Below are positions 36,076-50,170 of a stretch of 64,000 bases of DNA, piece after piece. The first letter of the stretch is position 1. Each line of letters opens with the position of its first letter. The notes beneath the pieces are model-generated. The model did no database searches. It saw only the letters and a program-made list of their open reading frames with translations, and was not told the DNA's origin. The position numbers and the translations under genes are program-made. The stretch lies in assembly GCF_009834535.1 (NCBI RefSeq), contig NC_045732.1:20336001-20400000 (forward strand), written 5' to 3'. The DNA comes from Camelus ferus. Lineage: Eukaryota.

Positions 36076-38415
36076 CAAATATGTCATATATAAAAAACAC
36101 AAAATGAAAGTTATTAACATCATGTCATGAAAACAGTTCTTGTCTATTTTGATGCCTGAAGATAAAATTAAATTTTCACTAGACTTTAATGTACACTGAG
36201 TCTAAGATCACATAGGAAATAATATGTCATTTTAAAATGAATTTGCTGACACTGTTACAAAAGCAACTTAAGGTAAATAAGCCGTATCACTTGTTAAATA
36301 GAAAAATATCAAAATTTGTCTTTGTAAATTTTGAATAGTGTTAAAATCGCATTAAAATGATGTTCCTAGTATAACTTTTAATTATTTGTTAAGCCAAAAT
36401 TAAACAGTACTTCCTTAAAATTGGGTATTTTATCATGCATTATACAAAAAAAGAATAAAATTTTTTTTAACATTTTAAGGAACGGAAAATACAGTATGTC
36501 ATTTTCAAAGGGGTTCAAGTTTGCATAAAATGGAAATGGTGAAATAGTTGATCTCTGGAGTTGCATATGATCTGAATAACTATGACTGTCCTCTCATAAG
36601 CTGAACTTGGAGCTGCAGCATACCTGGGGACCTTTATTTATCTGCCACTTTATCAGTAGGTAGTTGGATAATAGTCTTTAAGTATTTAAAAACAGGACAT
36701 TGCCCCAGTCTGCCCCACTCTTTCATTGCCCATTCCTATCCTCATTGGTATTCCACAGCCCATGGAACCTTCTTCCCTAGACCCTGTCTTGTATTTTTTC
36801 TAAACAAGAAGTACTGGGCTTACTCAAGGAAAAAAGTACACTGGGACGTGAAATGAACCAAACAATACAAATGTCTTGCCTATAGAAACCTTGAACTAAG
36901 TTTATGGATTCTCCAGCCCTAGAGAATTTTCAGAATGTCTCCAAACATTCAACATCTTGGGAAGGAACTGAACTAAATGACCCTTTCAATTCTAAGATGA
37001 CATGTTTCCAATCACTGGTGCTCAATACTAATCCAAGCTGAGCTCTTGCACACTACTTTATTGTCTTCAATGTTAAAACACATGAAGCACACATTGTAGA
37101 CTTTGTCTACACCACAAGCACAAACCAGTGTGTACAATGACAGTAACCAGAGAGAACTGTGATCTGGAGGATAAGAAAAGACACCCAAATCAAGTTTCCA
37201 TTTGGACTAATTCATTAGCTTTACAATAAACTAGTTTGGATTTTCCCACCAAAAATAGAGGATTCTATCTTTTTTAAAGTCTTGAAATCTGTATCATCTT
37301 TCTTCCTCAGTCTTTTTCTCCCACATATGCCAATTGAGCAGCTAAAATCCAGAATTAATTGATAACTCTGTCCATGCATCTCCATAGCTCTACAAAAACC
37401 CCTTGGGCAATTCTTTGTTAACAGAAGCACTGATCATGTAAAGATAGTATTTTGATTGAACATTATGTTGAGTTATGATACCTATCTTAAGTACTTTATA
37501 TGCATTCTTTGTATATTTATATTGACATCTATTTATTATATATGTTGCAAATAGACAAAAGCAAATCCAATTCTGTGCTACTGAATGCTGGTTTACTTTG
37601 CTCTTTACTCACATTTCAAGAAATCCTGTAATGGATTTAAGAAGTTGTCATTGTAAGGAGTTCGAATTATATGAAGTTAGCCCTCCGTGGTTAGGGTAGC
37701 ATCCAAAGGGTGGAGGCTGGGACTCAGAGTTAGGATTTCTGAGCACAGTACTCTCTCTCAGCGATTTCAATGACTTAAAGCATTCCCTGGGCAAGCTACT
37801 CGGCCCTTCTTTTCTTGCTTCCCTTTCAAGTCATAATTCCTATCCTTATATATGGCAGTTCTGAAAACAAGCCTCCAATAAAGGGCTTGGCAATACTGGG
37901 ATGAAATGAACCACCAAGCACTGCTGTATCCAGCAAGACATTTTTCTGGGAGAAAATGACTCCTATAGCCTTGTCTCTATCAATGTCTAAAATGGCTTCC
38001 TTAGTAAACACAACCAGAGGTTGGTCCCTGCCAAATGATGCAAACAAAACAATCTTCCTCAAATCCCTGGAGTTACTCTTCTGCGGTCTAAGAGGATTAC
38101 TAGGCAATAGCTTCCTGGTAACCAGGCCCAAATACATTTCCATTACTTATTTTCTTCCAGTGCCTCCACCCACCTTTCAAAACCATTTCTCTGCCTTCAG
38201 GACACACTTTTGAAAATTACCACATGCTGGTTCTTACCCCGGTGAGGTCCCAGCCCACCATGACAATGTGCCCCCTTCTCCCACAGATACCACTGTTCCT
38301 CAACACGTGAATTTAACGTTCAATCCACTTAGTAAAGCTTTCGGTTTTTCTCAAAATTTGTCTATTAGAGACAGTATGAGGAACAGGGGGCTCCCTTGGC
38401 CCTACTTAATGATTT

Positions 38416-38604
38416 AATGTGGTTCTCAACCTTCTCTGCACATTGGAATCATCTAGAAAGCTTTAAAAAATACTGATAGCTGGCTTCCTACCGCCAACCC
38501 CACCAAGAAGTTCTAGTTTAATTGGTCTCGAGTGCAGATGGGGCATCAGGACTTTTTAAACTCCCCAGATGTTTCTAATATTCAGCCAAGGTTAAGAATC
38601 AACT
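38416..38604. mobile_element. MER5A-like hAT-Charlie element
   Basis: gtggttctcaaccttctctgcacattggaatcatct...gtttaattggtct...ttttaaactccccag..tttctaat...cagccaaggttaagaatc. Confidence 0.75.
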
Positions 38605-38667
38605 AGAGTGAGGAAATTTGATTTAAATGCTGCCACTAATTAGCTATGTGGCCTTGAGCAAAAGAGA

Positions 38668-39160
38668 TATTCATTTATTGAATAGGTATTCCTTAACAGC
38701 TTGTTCTATGCAAGACACTGCTAGGGACCTTATCTCTCCAGCCTCCAAGATAAGTGAATTGGACTCAACCACATACTCATTCATTCAGCAAATAAGTACT
38801 GAGTGCCCCCTACCTGCCAGGCACTGAGCTTGGCACCAGGGGTACAGCAATGAATTCGATGGACAGAATCCCTGCCCTTGTGGAACTTACAGTTTAGTTG
38901 AGGGGGACATGATCATAAACAAATAATAAAAATTAAAGAGTCATGTCAGAGAAAAGATGGAAGGATAATGGGAGGGACTGGCAGCCAACATGGAGGCATC
39001 AGTGAGGATGGTGGAGAAGGGGGTGAATGGAGAGAGGTGGATAGGTTCCAGAAAAAGTCCAGGAGATATCTCCAGGATTTGGTGATAGATATGATACAGG
39101 GGTGGGAGGGAGAAAAAGAGAAGGAGGCCAATTCCTAGGTCCCAATATTGAGGGGTCACT
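38668..39160 (-). mobile_element. L2 fragments
   Basis: cattcattcagcaaataagtactgagtgccc...gccaggcactgagct...atccctgcccttgtggaacttacagtttagt. Confidence 0.7.
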
Positions 39161-39990
39161 CATTGACTCAGAATGAGAGAAAAGAACCTTAGCCACCCTA
39201 GAAGGTTGTGAGGGTCTAGAGCTAAAGCATGAACCTGGGGCAGTGAAATCAACCCCTACCTCAGACAGAGATCAGGGCAGAGGAGGGACATTAGCTAAGA
39301 GATGCAATGGCTCTCACAAGTGGTCATTTTAGTACCTAGGCTGGATCTTTCTATAGCTACAGGGGAGGCACTAAAGAACCTGTTACCATAGGCCTGGAGA
39401 GAGGGAGGGAGGGAGAGAGAGAGAAGAGACCCACAGCTAATGCTAGATCATCTAAAGGGAAAACACATGTATGTATCCCTCACCTGGGGCACAGATCTTG
39501 AGGGACAGTGGACAGAACACTACCTGTGGAGACTGCAGAGGTACTGACTGACACACTGGGGGAAAGGTCCCACCAGGAGAAAAAGAATGTATCCTGGGGT
39601 GAGAGCAGCTCCAACAGATAAACATTTCCAAAAGGCGAGAGGCAGAGGTTAAATAAGGAGGGGGTTCCACAGAGGAACCGACTTGAGGGCAGGGGAGCAG
39701 TCACAAAAACTGAGGTCTGCCTCTGAGGGTCCTTCTGTGAAAGCGTCAACTCCTTGTTGGTTTCCGAGATTTCGTCATCTTCCCTTCACATATGGTTTTT
39801 CCCCTTTGATGCTCCTCAAACCTTTAGCACAGACTGATAGACATGCATAACGGTCTGTGTTAGGGAGGAAAGTGAGAACTGGGACTCCCAAATAATCTCC
39901 TAAAGCTCCCAGAGATCCTTGCAGAGGGATCAGCAACTTACCCAGAGGATGGTTCTCCAGAGGGCCAGACCTCCACCCCCAGTGACGTTT

Positions 39991-40007
39991 GTAGCGCCCT
40001 CTAGTGT
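39991..40007 (-). promoter_or_regulatory. CTCF-binding motif
   Basis: Minus strand ACACTAGAGGGCGCTAC versus consensus CCASYAGRKGGCRS (one mismatch), inside a CpG-retaining patch. Confidence 0.65.
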
Positions 40008-41179
40008 AGTTGGGAGTAACACGCGACGCGACACAGAGAAGTGACGTGATGCGGGTGGCCAATTTGAGAGGGGGCTGGGATTCAATCTGCCCCTTTCCCA
40101 AATACAGCGGGGAAGCATCCCTGAAGAGTGAGATGGAAACTTCCATTTGATGTACAGAAGCCAAACACCAGGCACAGCGCCTGGTTCAGAGTTGGCAATC
40201 AGCAATTGGCAGCCATTATGATGATTATGATGATTGAGATTCAGTTGCTATTGATATCCTGTGGCCTTAAATGATCCCAGAATGGTTAACAGAGTAAGAA
40301 ATCCCGCAGGCTCACAAGTAGACTGTAATGCGGAGCATATGAGGGCACTGTCAATAATCCAGCTCCAAATCAACCTTTAGCCTTTCTTCCCAGCAAGTAT
40401 ATATTGGCCAACTGATGCTATTGTACATCACACTCAGACCCTAAGTCTAAAGACTTCCGGGGGACATACTTCTTGTTCTAGAAAAGCTTGTTTCTTTCAC
40501 TGTGGCCCCTTTGGTGCTATTTCCCAAAGGATCAGCAGTTGTTTTGGAAGGCCTACCATGCATCAGGCCAGAGGCCAGGGGAGGGCAGAAGATGCTGCAG
40601 GAGGTGGGAGAAAAATCAGAGGAGAACAGGGCCAAGGGGTGGGGTGGGAATGGACAAGAGAGGAAGATAGGGCCAGTCAGGGTCCCAACAGGAAACAGAT
40701 GGCATATTCCAATGAAGGTGATCTGAAGAGGGTTCTTTTACATAGGGGCTAATTACACAATGGCAGTGGCCAATGACAGAGGGTGGGAAAATGCAAGAAC
40801 TCAGGGCAAGAGGCAGCAGAGCTGTCATCACCCCTAGGCCTCCAGGGATGGGGGAAGAGAGAGGTTACCAGAAGAAGACAGTCACACAGGCTTCCTTGAA
40901 ATAAGCGGTAACCTTAGGTCAAGGGACAGCCCAAAGAGGGAACTGAGCAGAATAAATATCTGGACCCCACTGTCCTCCCACCCTCTCATCTACTTCCAGA
41001 ACTCTTCTGAGTTCCAGCCCAACTGGACGCCTCTGCACAAGGGAACCCTGTTGACACCATCCACATCGAACAAGCATCCAGGCCATAGAGCAGCCTGGGA
41101 AAGGCTGGAGGGGGCCAACAGTAGCTAACTGGCACGGGAGAGGAGAAATGGCTAAGGATTAGTGAGGCATTCCCTCCCC

Positions 41180-41586
41180 GCCGCCTATTTTGGAAAGTTT
41201 ATCTTATGCCACTTTGTTTTTACGAAAGACCTACATCAGTACCTGGTTTCACTAACTAAAAGAAATCTGAAAAGGAGTTTCGCTTTTAGGAAAAAAAGGC
41301 AAAAAGTGATTTGTTTTGCAAGGAGCTGAGCCATTAGAGAGGCAGCGCGCATCCTGAGCAGGGAGAGTGGCCCCACCCAGCTCCTTCCTGGGAACTGCAC
41401 TCACCATCTCAGCATCCAGCCGCCATAGCTCTGACTTGTGTCTGTGAGCACCTGTGCCTTAACTCCATGTATTCTGTGCATCCCTTAGCAAGAGTGTCCT
41501 AAGGTAATTGCTTCTTCACTTTACGCCATTTCTGCTTACAAAAGTTTTCATAGGAACGCTCTACTTTCAGATAGTGGGAAAACCTA
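41180..41586. mobile_element. Probable TcMar-Tigger-type non-autonomous DNA transposon relic
   Basis: Terminal segment ttacgccatttctgcttacaaaagttttcataggaacgctctactttcagatagtgggaaaacct resembles old Tigger ends (recalled; subfamily uncertain). Confidence 0.45.
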
Positions 41587-42137
41587 GTATTGGGGGGGGG
41601 GGGGTGTGCGCGCGAGCATGTGCGTTAGATAAAACCATAGGCCCATTAGCAGCACAACAGGCTGAGTTTAACTATCCTGGAAATGATAATGGGTTTATAG
41701 TCACCATCCAAACTCTCTTCTTGGGGTGAGAGAAGCCTGGTTTTGGAAATAGCCACATTCAGGAGCAGGAGTGCGAAGAGAAAACCCTAGCAAAGAAGTA
41801 GAGTTTCCCCTGTGGCTGCTAACAGGACCACAGAGAACTAGAAAAGGTATTGTCAGGGGGCAAGAAAAGGTGCCAGGTGGGGTGGGGAAGAGCAGAAGGG
41901 CTCATAAAGGAAAACAGACATTCGGCAGTCAGAGAATAGCATGGAGTAGGAGGCAGCTATACAATGTGTAGTCAGGGCTGTGAGGAAGGGCCTCGGCCCG
42001 GAAATTGGCAGTGAGGTAGGGGGCAGGGAACAGGGTCCAGTTGAGATACCACATTTTTCATAGACTACGACTTTGCTTTCTCCTCTTTTCACCCAGTGTC
42101 CTCCTGGAAGACATACAGAGCTTTCCCTAACACTGCA

Positions 42138-42139
42138 GT

Positions 42140-42179
<40 letters not shown>
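42138..42179. repeat. (GT)~20 microsatellite
   Basis: Read directly. Confidence 0.95.
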
Positions 42180-42183
<4 letters not shown>

Positions 42184-44109
42184 GTTTTCACTTGTCACTA
42201 AATGATCAGCCTTCAATGAAATGCTTCTATTTTGAGGCATTACCATCTCTAAAACAAGATGCAGAAAAGCAGAGGGAGGAGGCAGTTAGGGGCTGCATTT
42301 AATCTTCTCTAATATCGCAGCGCGAAGGAAACTGGAGAATGAAAACACAGTCATTTAGAAAATGGTTGATGAGTCACTGATTGGCACCGGGTGGAGAAAA
42401 AGAGCAGTCCTTATTCATTCAGAGTACGCCTGGTCTTTACAAATGGGCTCCTCACTCTGCTAGAGGGGCATCTGGGCTTTAGAGCCCAAGAGGGTGGCAG
42501 AGGGCAAGGGCCAGCTGCCCAAGGCAGGCAGGGCCCTCCTCCTCAATCTCCCTGCATTTGGCCCTTGAAAATCCTCCAGCTTTAAGCAGAAAGCTTAATG
42601 CTGTCTTGTTCCTCCTGTACCTCTTTCTTGAGGCCTTAATAATACTTTTGGGGAAACTTCAGCTTCAGAGGAAGCAGGCCAAGTAGAAGACGGCACTTTG
42701 TGTGACCATAATTTTGCCAAAAGACCCAACCCTCCATTACTCATGGAGTTCCTTTCCCAGGTCCCAGGCTACCCAGGTCTCTCTTCGTCTCCCTGCTCTT
42801 GACCTCTTTGTTGTTTATTAGTTCTATAACTGAATTGCTAGGGGTGGGAGATTAGAATCTGTCAAATTAGAACATGGTGAAATGTTCGCCGAGGGAGGAA
42901 AATTAAAGTGCCGGCTAAGCAGAGGCTTGGGGATTGCCTGGGAATTTTGTGTCTGTGTGCCTAAGGGGAAAACAAAACAAAATAAAAATCCTGCCTGCTA
43001 AGGGGTTTGGCCTTGCCTGATAGTTCTTGGACCTTAATGTGCAGATCTGGGCAATGGGTGAGGCACTGAACCCCCTCAGAGCTTGACTGTTCCACAATGA
43101 GAAGGGAAGAAAAGAACGATGTAGAAGGGGAGAAAGGGCAAAGGCCATGTCAGGCTGGGCTGGAGAGAAAGCCAAGAGACACTGGGAGAAAGAGGGGCAA
43201 ATTGGGGGTTGTGAGGAACTGGAGCTTTGGGGAGAAAGACAAGTGAAAAGGAACTTGGCTGTGTGCTATGATCGTGATTCCTTCTTTACCTTTTGTTGAT
43301 ATGACAGGAAAAATTTAAATAGTTTTTTAGTTATTTTCGGTTGATGGAGCGTGTTCTGAGAACTGAGCTGAGGTGGACAGCAAAGTGGCCTGGATTTATG
43401 CAGATTACAAGCCTGGACTGCCTTCTGCCCCTGCGTAGGCACGTCCCCCGCCCATACCCCACGAACAACTTTTACAACATACTTGTATTTTGGGCTGTCT
43501 TGCTTAGTTGGTTGTCCTTGCTCATTCTGGGATAAATTTAACTACCCTAAGTAAAGACAAAGGAACAAAGTCTCATGTTGGATCTAGTTTCAGAAACATA
43601 GGCAGATCAGCAAGGCCCCAATTAATCTCAGCTTGGAATTCTATCTTGAATATTCAACTGTGAATATCCAGAATCTTCCAACTTTTCAGTCTCTATATTC
43701 TTCAAGAAACTGCTAGGGTGCTGGAGGTAAAAGAGAGACTCAGTGGCCTGCAGACTGTTGAGGAATGTTCCCATTTGTTGGGAGCCTGCAACTACAGTTA
43801 CTTCTCATACAATGTTACTTTAAACATTATTGTATGTAGAATATACAATTTCACTCTTACATATCTTTTCTTTATCAGAATAAGTAATTTGTACTTTAAT
43901 TTTATGTACTCTTTTTAGTTCCTCAAAATACTGAAAATGACTTTAGGCACATACATCTTCCTTTTGTCCAACCAAGATGGAACTCTTCTAGGAAAAAAAA
44001 AGTTGAGCAATATACTGAAAGAATTACACATCTTAATCTAGCAGGATTTCTTCCAGGATTGTAAGGTCTCAATAGACATGAAAGCAGCACCTGATAAGAC
44101 ATCACACCC

Positions 44110-44570
44110 ATTCCTGATGATAATTCTTAGTTAACTAAGAATATAAGGACATTTCCCTAACAAGATAAAGAATATCTCTCATCAACCAACAGCCAACATC
44201 ATGCTTGATGTTACCAAACAAACAAAAGAGCTAGAAGCATTTCCACTAAAGCAAGGAAGTAACAAAGAAGTCCTGATACCACCACTGCTGTTCACTGTTG
44301 CTGAACGTTGCCCTGTAGGTTCTAGACGCTATGGTAAGACCTTAAACAGCAAGAAGTGGAAAAATTTATCAACATTTCCAGGTGATTTACTTGTTTGCCT
44401 GGAGGAACCAAGAGAATCTAATGAAAAACCAATGGGCCAAATAATCAAATTCATTAAGGGGGGCCGTTTATAAAACAAATACCCCAAACTCATTTATATC
44501 ATCTTTTCTATAAATTAGCAGTATCTAGTTAGAAAATATATTGGGGAAATATCACATGGGTAATAGTTAC
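44110..44570 (+). mobile_element. Ancient L1 ORF2 RT-domain fragment
   Basis: caaccaacagccaacatcat and translation LEAFPLKQGSNKEVLIPPLLF (L1 consensus [21 protein letters not shown]). Confidence 0.75.
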
Positions 44571-44859
44571 ATTTGTTTTTAAAAGTTAGTTTCAATGTAG
44601 ACAAGGTGGTCCACTGCACGTTCATCTGTGACTTCTAGCAACAGAGATGATCACTTTACTGAGTATTTACTATGTTCCAAGTGCTGAAATGAGGCAGAGC
44701 TTTCCAAAGTGTATATTAAGAAGAAAAAACTAGCACATTCAACCCGTGATTTCATGGATATTACTGCTTAGGATGGAACATAAAAGTCGCGTTTTTAAAG
44801 TAGCTACATTTCAGTTAATAAAAGGGGGTTTTTGTTAAAGAGGGAAATGGGAAAATGCT

Positions 44860-45282
44860 AATAGAGGCAGTGAGCTGCACCGGTTCCATCTACCCCTCCC
44901 AACCCACCCACTCTCCCCATTCCTCCTCCCCCTCCCCTGAGGCTGGTCACATCCTGGGCTCAGTCACCGGAGAGCCCCAGCAGGAGATGGTGTGGGGGAA
45001 CAGGAGTGGACTGTGGCTGGGGTACTGGTTCAGTCTCCTGCTTCCTCTCCAGTGGGTGTCACTGCAGGTTGACCGAGCCCTGGTCTTGCAGCCTTTTCTA
45101 AACGCTCCCCAGTTCTGCCCATGCTTGCTTCCCTGGCCCCCTTCGGGCGGGGCATGATAACAGCTCCTCGCAACTGCTAGCCTTGGGTCCTCGCTATCCC
45201 TGAGCTGGCTTCCCTGAACCCTGCAGACACTTTTGTAACAGATCCCTTTACTGAACTTTCCTCAAAGTTGCCCTGACTGATA
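44860..45282 (+). mobile_element. Possible ERVL-class LTR
   Basis: Ends ctgaactttcctcaaagttgccctgactgatac(g), an ERVL LTR-like 3' terminus. Body degenerate. Confidence 0.4.
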
Positions 45283-46203
45283 CGGTGATATATGTGAATG
45301 ACTCAAGTTTGGGAAGCTGAACTCTGCTGTTAAGTCATAATAACAACCTTTTAAGTATCATTATTCCCACTTGACACAGGAGGAAAGTGCACCTTAGAGA
45401 GTCTTAGGTAGCTTAGCCGATGTCACCAAACTCCTAAATGGCTGGACGGTCTGGGTTCGGTCTGCTGTTTTAACACTTCACTGCACAGCCTCTTAGGGAA
45501 GCCCAAAACTGTACCCCACCTGCTAACGCCTCACCTCGTCAATTCTCCAAGCAAAATACAATAGTAATTCTGGCCAACTGTGATCTAACCCCTTGGATTC
45601 CTTTTCTTCAGGCCAAATGCTTCAGAAGATCCTGTTCTGAGGAGTGGTTGGTGACATATCCTTGCACTTACAATCTCTTCTCTTGGCTAATGGTTTGGGG
45701 GTTCAGGGAAGAAAGGGAGCCCTAAATTAACCTTTAGGTTCCCACAGAACTGACACTGCTATAGTTGGCTATGACCCACTTGAGGTGATAAAAATAAAGA
45801 TTAAGCTCATATCCACCCAAGAACGGCACACTCCTTCTGAAGCCACGAGAGGTCTCATTTAATTTAAGCCAACTAAGAATAACGTATGGATTTCAAAGGT
45901 TTCATGAAAAACAGGACACTTTATAAAATTCTTTTTTTTTTTGCAGGGGTGGGAGTGGGAGTGAAGACTTACACTTTACTCTTTAGACAGAGGGAGGAGA
46001 TTAAAAATGTAAAATAATTTGATGGAGCTTATTTAATGTTTTGCTGAGGAAAAGCTGAGCAATCTTAACTTTTGTGCCTTCTTTCTGGGAGGATAACTAT
46101 TAAAAATTTTAATATTGAATTTTTTTCTAAATAAAAATTATCTTTTCAGTATTTGATAACATTGAAAGAAATCCAAAGCCTCAGACGGTCCTTAGAAGGA
46201 AGT

Positions 46204-46445
46204 GCAGCAGTGTGGGTAAGAGCATGAACTTTGGCATCAGCAGCCCTGAGACTGACTCCCCAGCTGTGTTATCTCAGGCAAGTTTCTTAACCTCTCTGTG
46301 TCAGGCTCCTCATGTGTAAAGTGAGACTAATGATGGTATTTGCTTCATAGGGTTATTGAGAGAAGTAAATGAGCCAGTGCCTGTGGTGCTGTGCTGCTGA
46401 ACATATAGTAAACACTCAACAATTGCTACTGATGGTTATTACTAT
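46204..46445 (+). mobile_element. Near full-length MIR SINE
   Basis: gtgtgggtaagagcatgaactttgg...ggcaagtttcttaacctctctgtgtc...ctcatgtgtaaagtgag...atagggttattgag...atagtaaacactcaa. Confidence 0.8.
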
Positions 46446-47009
46446 TTGAAGCTTCTGTGATAGGCATGGAGGAGGGTCAAAGATCAAAGAATGGTTAAAA
46501 GCAAGTGCTTTAGAGTTTTATAGAGAAAATGAGCATAAACAACAATCAAACAAAGCAGAAAGAATGGATGGTCTGACAGGAACACAGGGTGTCATAGAAA
46601 TAAATCCAGAGAACAGAGAAATTCTTTCCAGCTTTGTATTCTAGGGAAGGATGCACGCCAAAGCACCATTTGGATTGACCCTGACAATAGTTGGGATTTG
46701 GGTCATTAGATTAGGAGGGATGGGAAACAAAAGGAAACAAAGGCTCAAAGGAAATGGGGTCAATGTTATGCTCAGGGACGGGTGACTGCTGAAGCTTAGC
46801 TGGAGCACCATGTGCAGTAGGGATGAGGGGAGACCAAGGGGCTGGAAAAGCAGACTGGAGGAGATAAGGCAGAAGGCAGGCTGAAGGTGGGAGGGCTGTA
46901 AGAACCTGAAGCCAAGAATGGAAGGAGAACTGGCTGGAGTCAGAGTTCTGGGCATCCTCCTCCTGGCTTTCTATTTATTCATTGGCCCATGAGACCCCTG
47001 GTTTCAGTG

Positions 47010-47718
47010 TCTTCATTTAGGAATGGAGAGCGCTGGACATCGCTATCTCTTTGAGAGTCTAGTTTCAATTATTTTGGAGCTATATCCAGAAGTGCAACTT
47101 CCGGATCGCGAGATGGTTCTATTTTTAATTTTTGGAGGAACCTCCATAGAATTTTCCATGGTAGTTACATTGTTTTACATTCCCACTCACAGGGCACGAG
47201 GGTTTCAACTTCTCCACATCCCCACATAAATCCCCATGTATTTCCTGGTTTGGGGAGAGTAGTTATCCTAACAGGTGTGAGGCGATACNNNNNNNNNNNN
47301 NNNNNNNNNNNNNNNNNNNNNNNNNNNNNNNNNNNNNNNNNNNNNNNNNNNNNNNNNNNNNNNNNNNNNNNNNNNNNNNNNNNNNNNNNNNNNNNNNNNN
47401 NNNNNNNNNNNNNNNNNNNNNNNNNNNNNNNNNNNNNNNNNNNNNNNNNNNNNNNNNNNNNNNNNNNNNNNNNNNNNNNNNNNNNNNNNNNNNNNNNNNN
47501 NNNNNNNNNNNNNNNNNNNNNNNNNNNNNNNNNNNNNNNNNNNNNNNNNNNNNNNNNNNNNNNNNNNCAGGTTTTTAAGTTTTTGTTGTTCAATTTATCT
47601 ATATTTGCTGTTGTTGCCTGTGCTTTTGGTGTCATAGCCAAGAAATTATTGCCAAATCCAGTGTCATGAAGCCTTTTCTCTTTATTTTCCTCTAGAAGTT
47701 TTATCATTTTGTATGTCA
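47010..47718 (-). mobile_element. L1 ORF2 3' fragment
   Basis: Antisense translation contains KLLEENKEKRLHDTGFGNNFLAMTPKAQATTANIDKLN and YRLTPVRIT (L1 ORF2). Confidence 0.9.
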
Positions 47719-47988
<270 letters not shown>

Positions 47989-48774
47989 TCAAGCGTTAAT
48001 TCAATGTACACTTCCCATGCATCATATATGAGAGAAGACATGGTTCTAGACACCTTGCATGTGCTCTTTTCATCCTCAGAATGCCCTAACTAAGCGTCTA
48101 CTGTGAGTGCAGCAAAACTGCACGCGCTAGGGGTGAAAGGTGATGGAGATACACCCCTCATGCTCAAGGAATTCACCATCAAGTCAAAGTCACCAGGGTT
48201 TGTTACCACTTTCTTATTTCTCCTTCCCCCTCTCTTTCTTATACTCCGGCTCTTCCTTCTCTCTGACTAATCTTCCATATAGTTCAACATATGTCAGGCT
48301 GTCAACATATGGCATATTTTGCAAACAGATAAACAGTGGCACATATGCAACCATATATTCCTGGCACACAGATTCCCCAGCTTGGCTTCGTCAGCTGCAG
48401 CAGACAGCATTTGGTAAGTCTCTCTCAGAAATTCCAGAATGCACAAGCCGCCCATGTATCCTCTGACAAATGGTTAAAAGAAGTTGTTCCATGTCTTCTT
48501 AACTGCAAAAGCCAGAACACTGCCTCTCTGCCGTTTCAGTTCGGAGGCATTTAATACCCAAGGCTCTGTCCTCACTCTCAACTGTTTGGGATGTTCTGAC
48601 CAGAGGTCAAGTTGCCCATTAAAGATTCCTTTTCTTTTTTTTTCCATTTGGCAGTGATTCATGATCTCCTCTGCACCAGTAGATCAACCCTACTAGGACT
48701 TGGACGGGCTGCACCCTAAGAGTCTTAGTTTTATTTTTAAATGGACAAAACAGACCTAAGTCTCTGTGCAGATT

Positions 48775-49149
48775 CTGTAAATGCCCCACCCACATCCTCC
48801 AGCACTTTCCCTATGTGGCAGCCTGAATGCCTGACTCTGTATTTCTTTGAGGGCTTTCCCTGCTCCTGCACACAGTAGGCCCAAGGGGCTCCTGTACCCC
48901 CTCTCCCCCAGCATCCCTCAACCAATGAGTAATGAGAAACAATGGATCAATGCCCAGCCTTTCTCACCGAGGCAGTGGATCCCAGAGTTCCCACTGGGAC
49001 ACTTGCTTGATAGTATATCCTAGTTGGCTTCCCCTTGCTCTTACCCAGCACCCACTACCAGTGCTTCCTGGAATGACCCCATAAACAGAGCGCTTGCACT
49101 TGAATCCTTGTATCCGGGTCTTCTTCTGGCGTAACCCAAGTTTAGATCA
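48775..49149 (+). mobile_element. ERVL LTR16-like LTR
   Basis: ccctcaaccaatga...ccagtgcttcctggaatgaccccataaac...cttgcacttgaatccttgtatccgggtcttcttctggcgtaaccca. Confidence 0.6.
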
Positions 49150-49251
49150 TCTGAAACTCAACTTTGGAAAAAAGGTGATAATGGCAACACAGGATCGACT
49201 CAAATTTGGGACTTTTGACTGGTGGCCCTGCACTTGAAAAATGCTCTTGGA

Positions 49252-49426
49252 GTATATAAACAACTAGGTCCTACTGAATAGCACAGGGAACTATGTTCAA
49301 TAGCTTGTAATACCCTATAATGGAGAAGAATCTGAAAAAGAATATATACCTATGTATAACTGAACCACTATGCTATACACTGGAAACTAACTCAACATCA
49401 TAAATCAACTATACTTCAATTTTTTA
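49252..49426 (+). mobile_element. 175-bp L1 3' end with decayed TSD
   Basis: ctactgaatagcacagggaactat...aaatcaactatacttcaatt. TSD AAAAATGCTCTTGGA (49237-49251) vs AAAAATGTTCCTGGA (49427-49441). Confidence 0.9.
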
Positions 49427-50054
49427 AAAAATGTTCCTGGATATCAATGAAAGCAGCAGCAGATCCCAAGCTGTTGGAAATACGACACCCAAATTCAACT
49501 TGCTCACTTGATCTGGTGAGAGTGAATCCTGACAGCTAAGCAGAACTTTCTTACCATGGTCACGTGGAAATGGAAACCGGAAGAGAGTGAGAAAGTTGAG
49601 TCTACCACTTTTTCTGCTCATGTGTGGCTTCTTGCCTCCTACCTCATAAGATCATATTTTGTTCCTTTTCCTTGTAAAGATTAAACTGTACACAAACAAT
49701 AAGGTCCAGGAAAGCAGCAATCGAAGAAGAAAATGAATGAACATGACTGTTGGGTTGTTGTAATAGCTCATCAGAAGTTCAGTGTGTACTAAATCTGAGT
49801 TAACATTCAACTGCTAAAAACTCAGGTTAGACCCCAGGAATCAAAAGTCACTTAACAAAGGTAACTCCGGACAGCAAGTTTAAAAATAATCTTTATATGA
49901 TTGCCTTTTAACTAGCTATTCCAAAATTTTCAGGGAAATTCCAGTGGCAAAATTTGATTTGTAAAAGCTGAATCCAGGGAGCGAGAAGACGAGTTTGAGG
50001 TGAGAGTGAGGCCCATTATGTCTCGAGCCTTGATCCCTTCAGTAAGCTCTATGC

Positions 50055-50170
50055 TAGTGACATCCAACAGAACTTTCTGCCACAATAGAATGTTCTAGAG
50101 CTACAATGTCTAATACTGTAACTGCTAGTCACATGTGGCTATTGATTACTTGAAACGTGGATAATGCATT
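50055..50170. mobile_element. MER3-like hAT-Charlie fragment
   Basis: tccaacagaactttctgc...gctagtcacatgtggctattgattacttgaaacgtgg. Confidence 0.7.
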
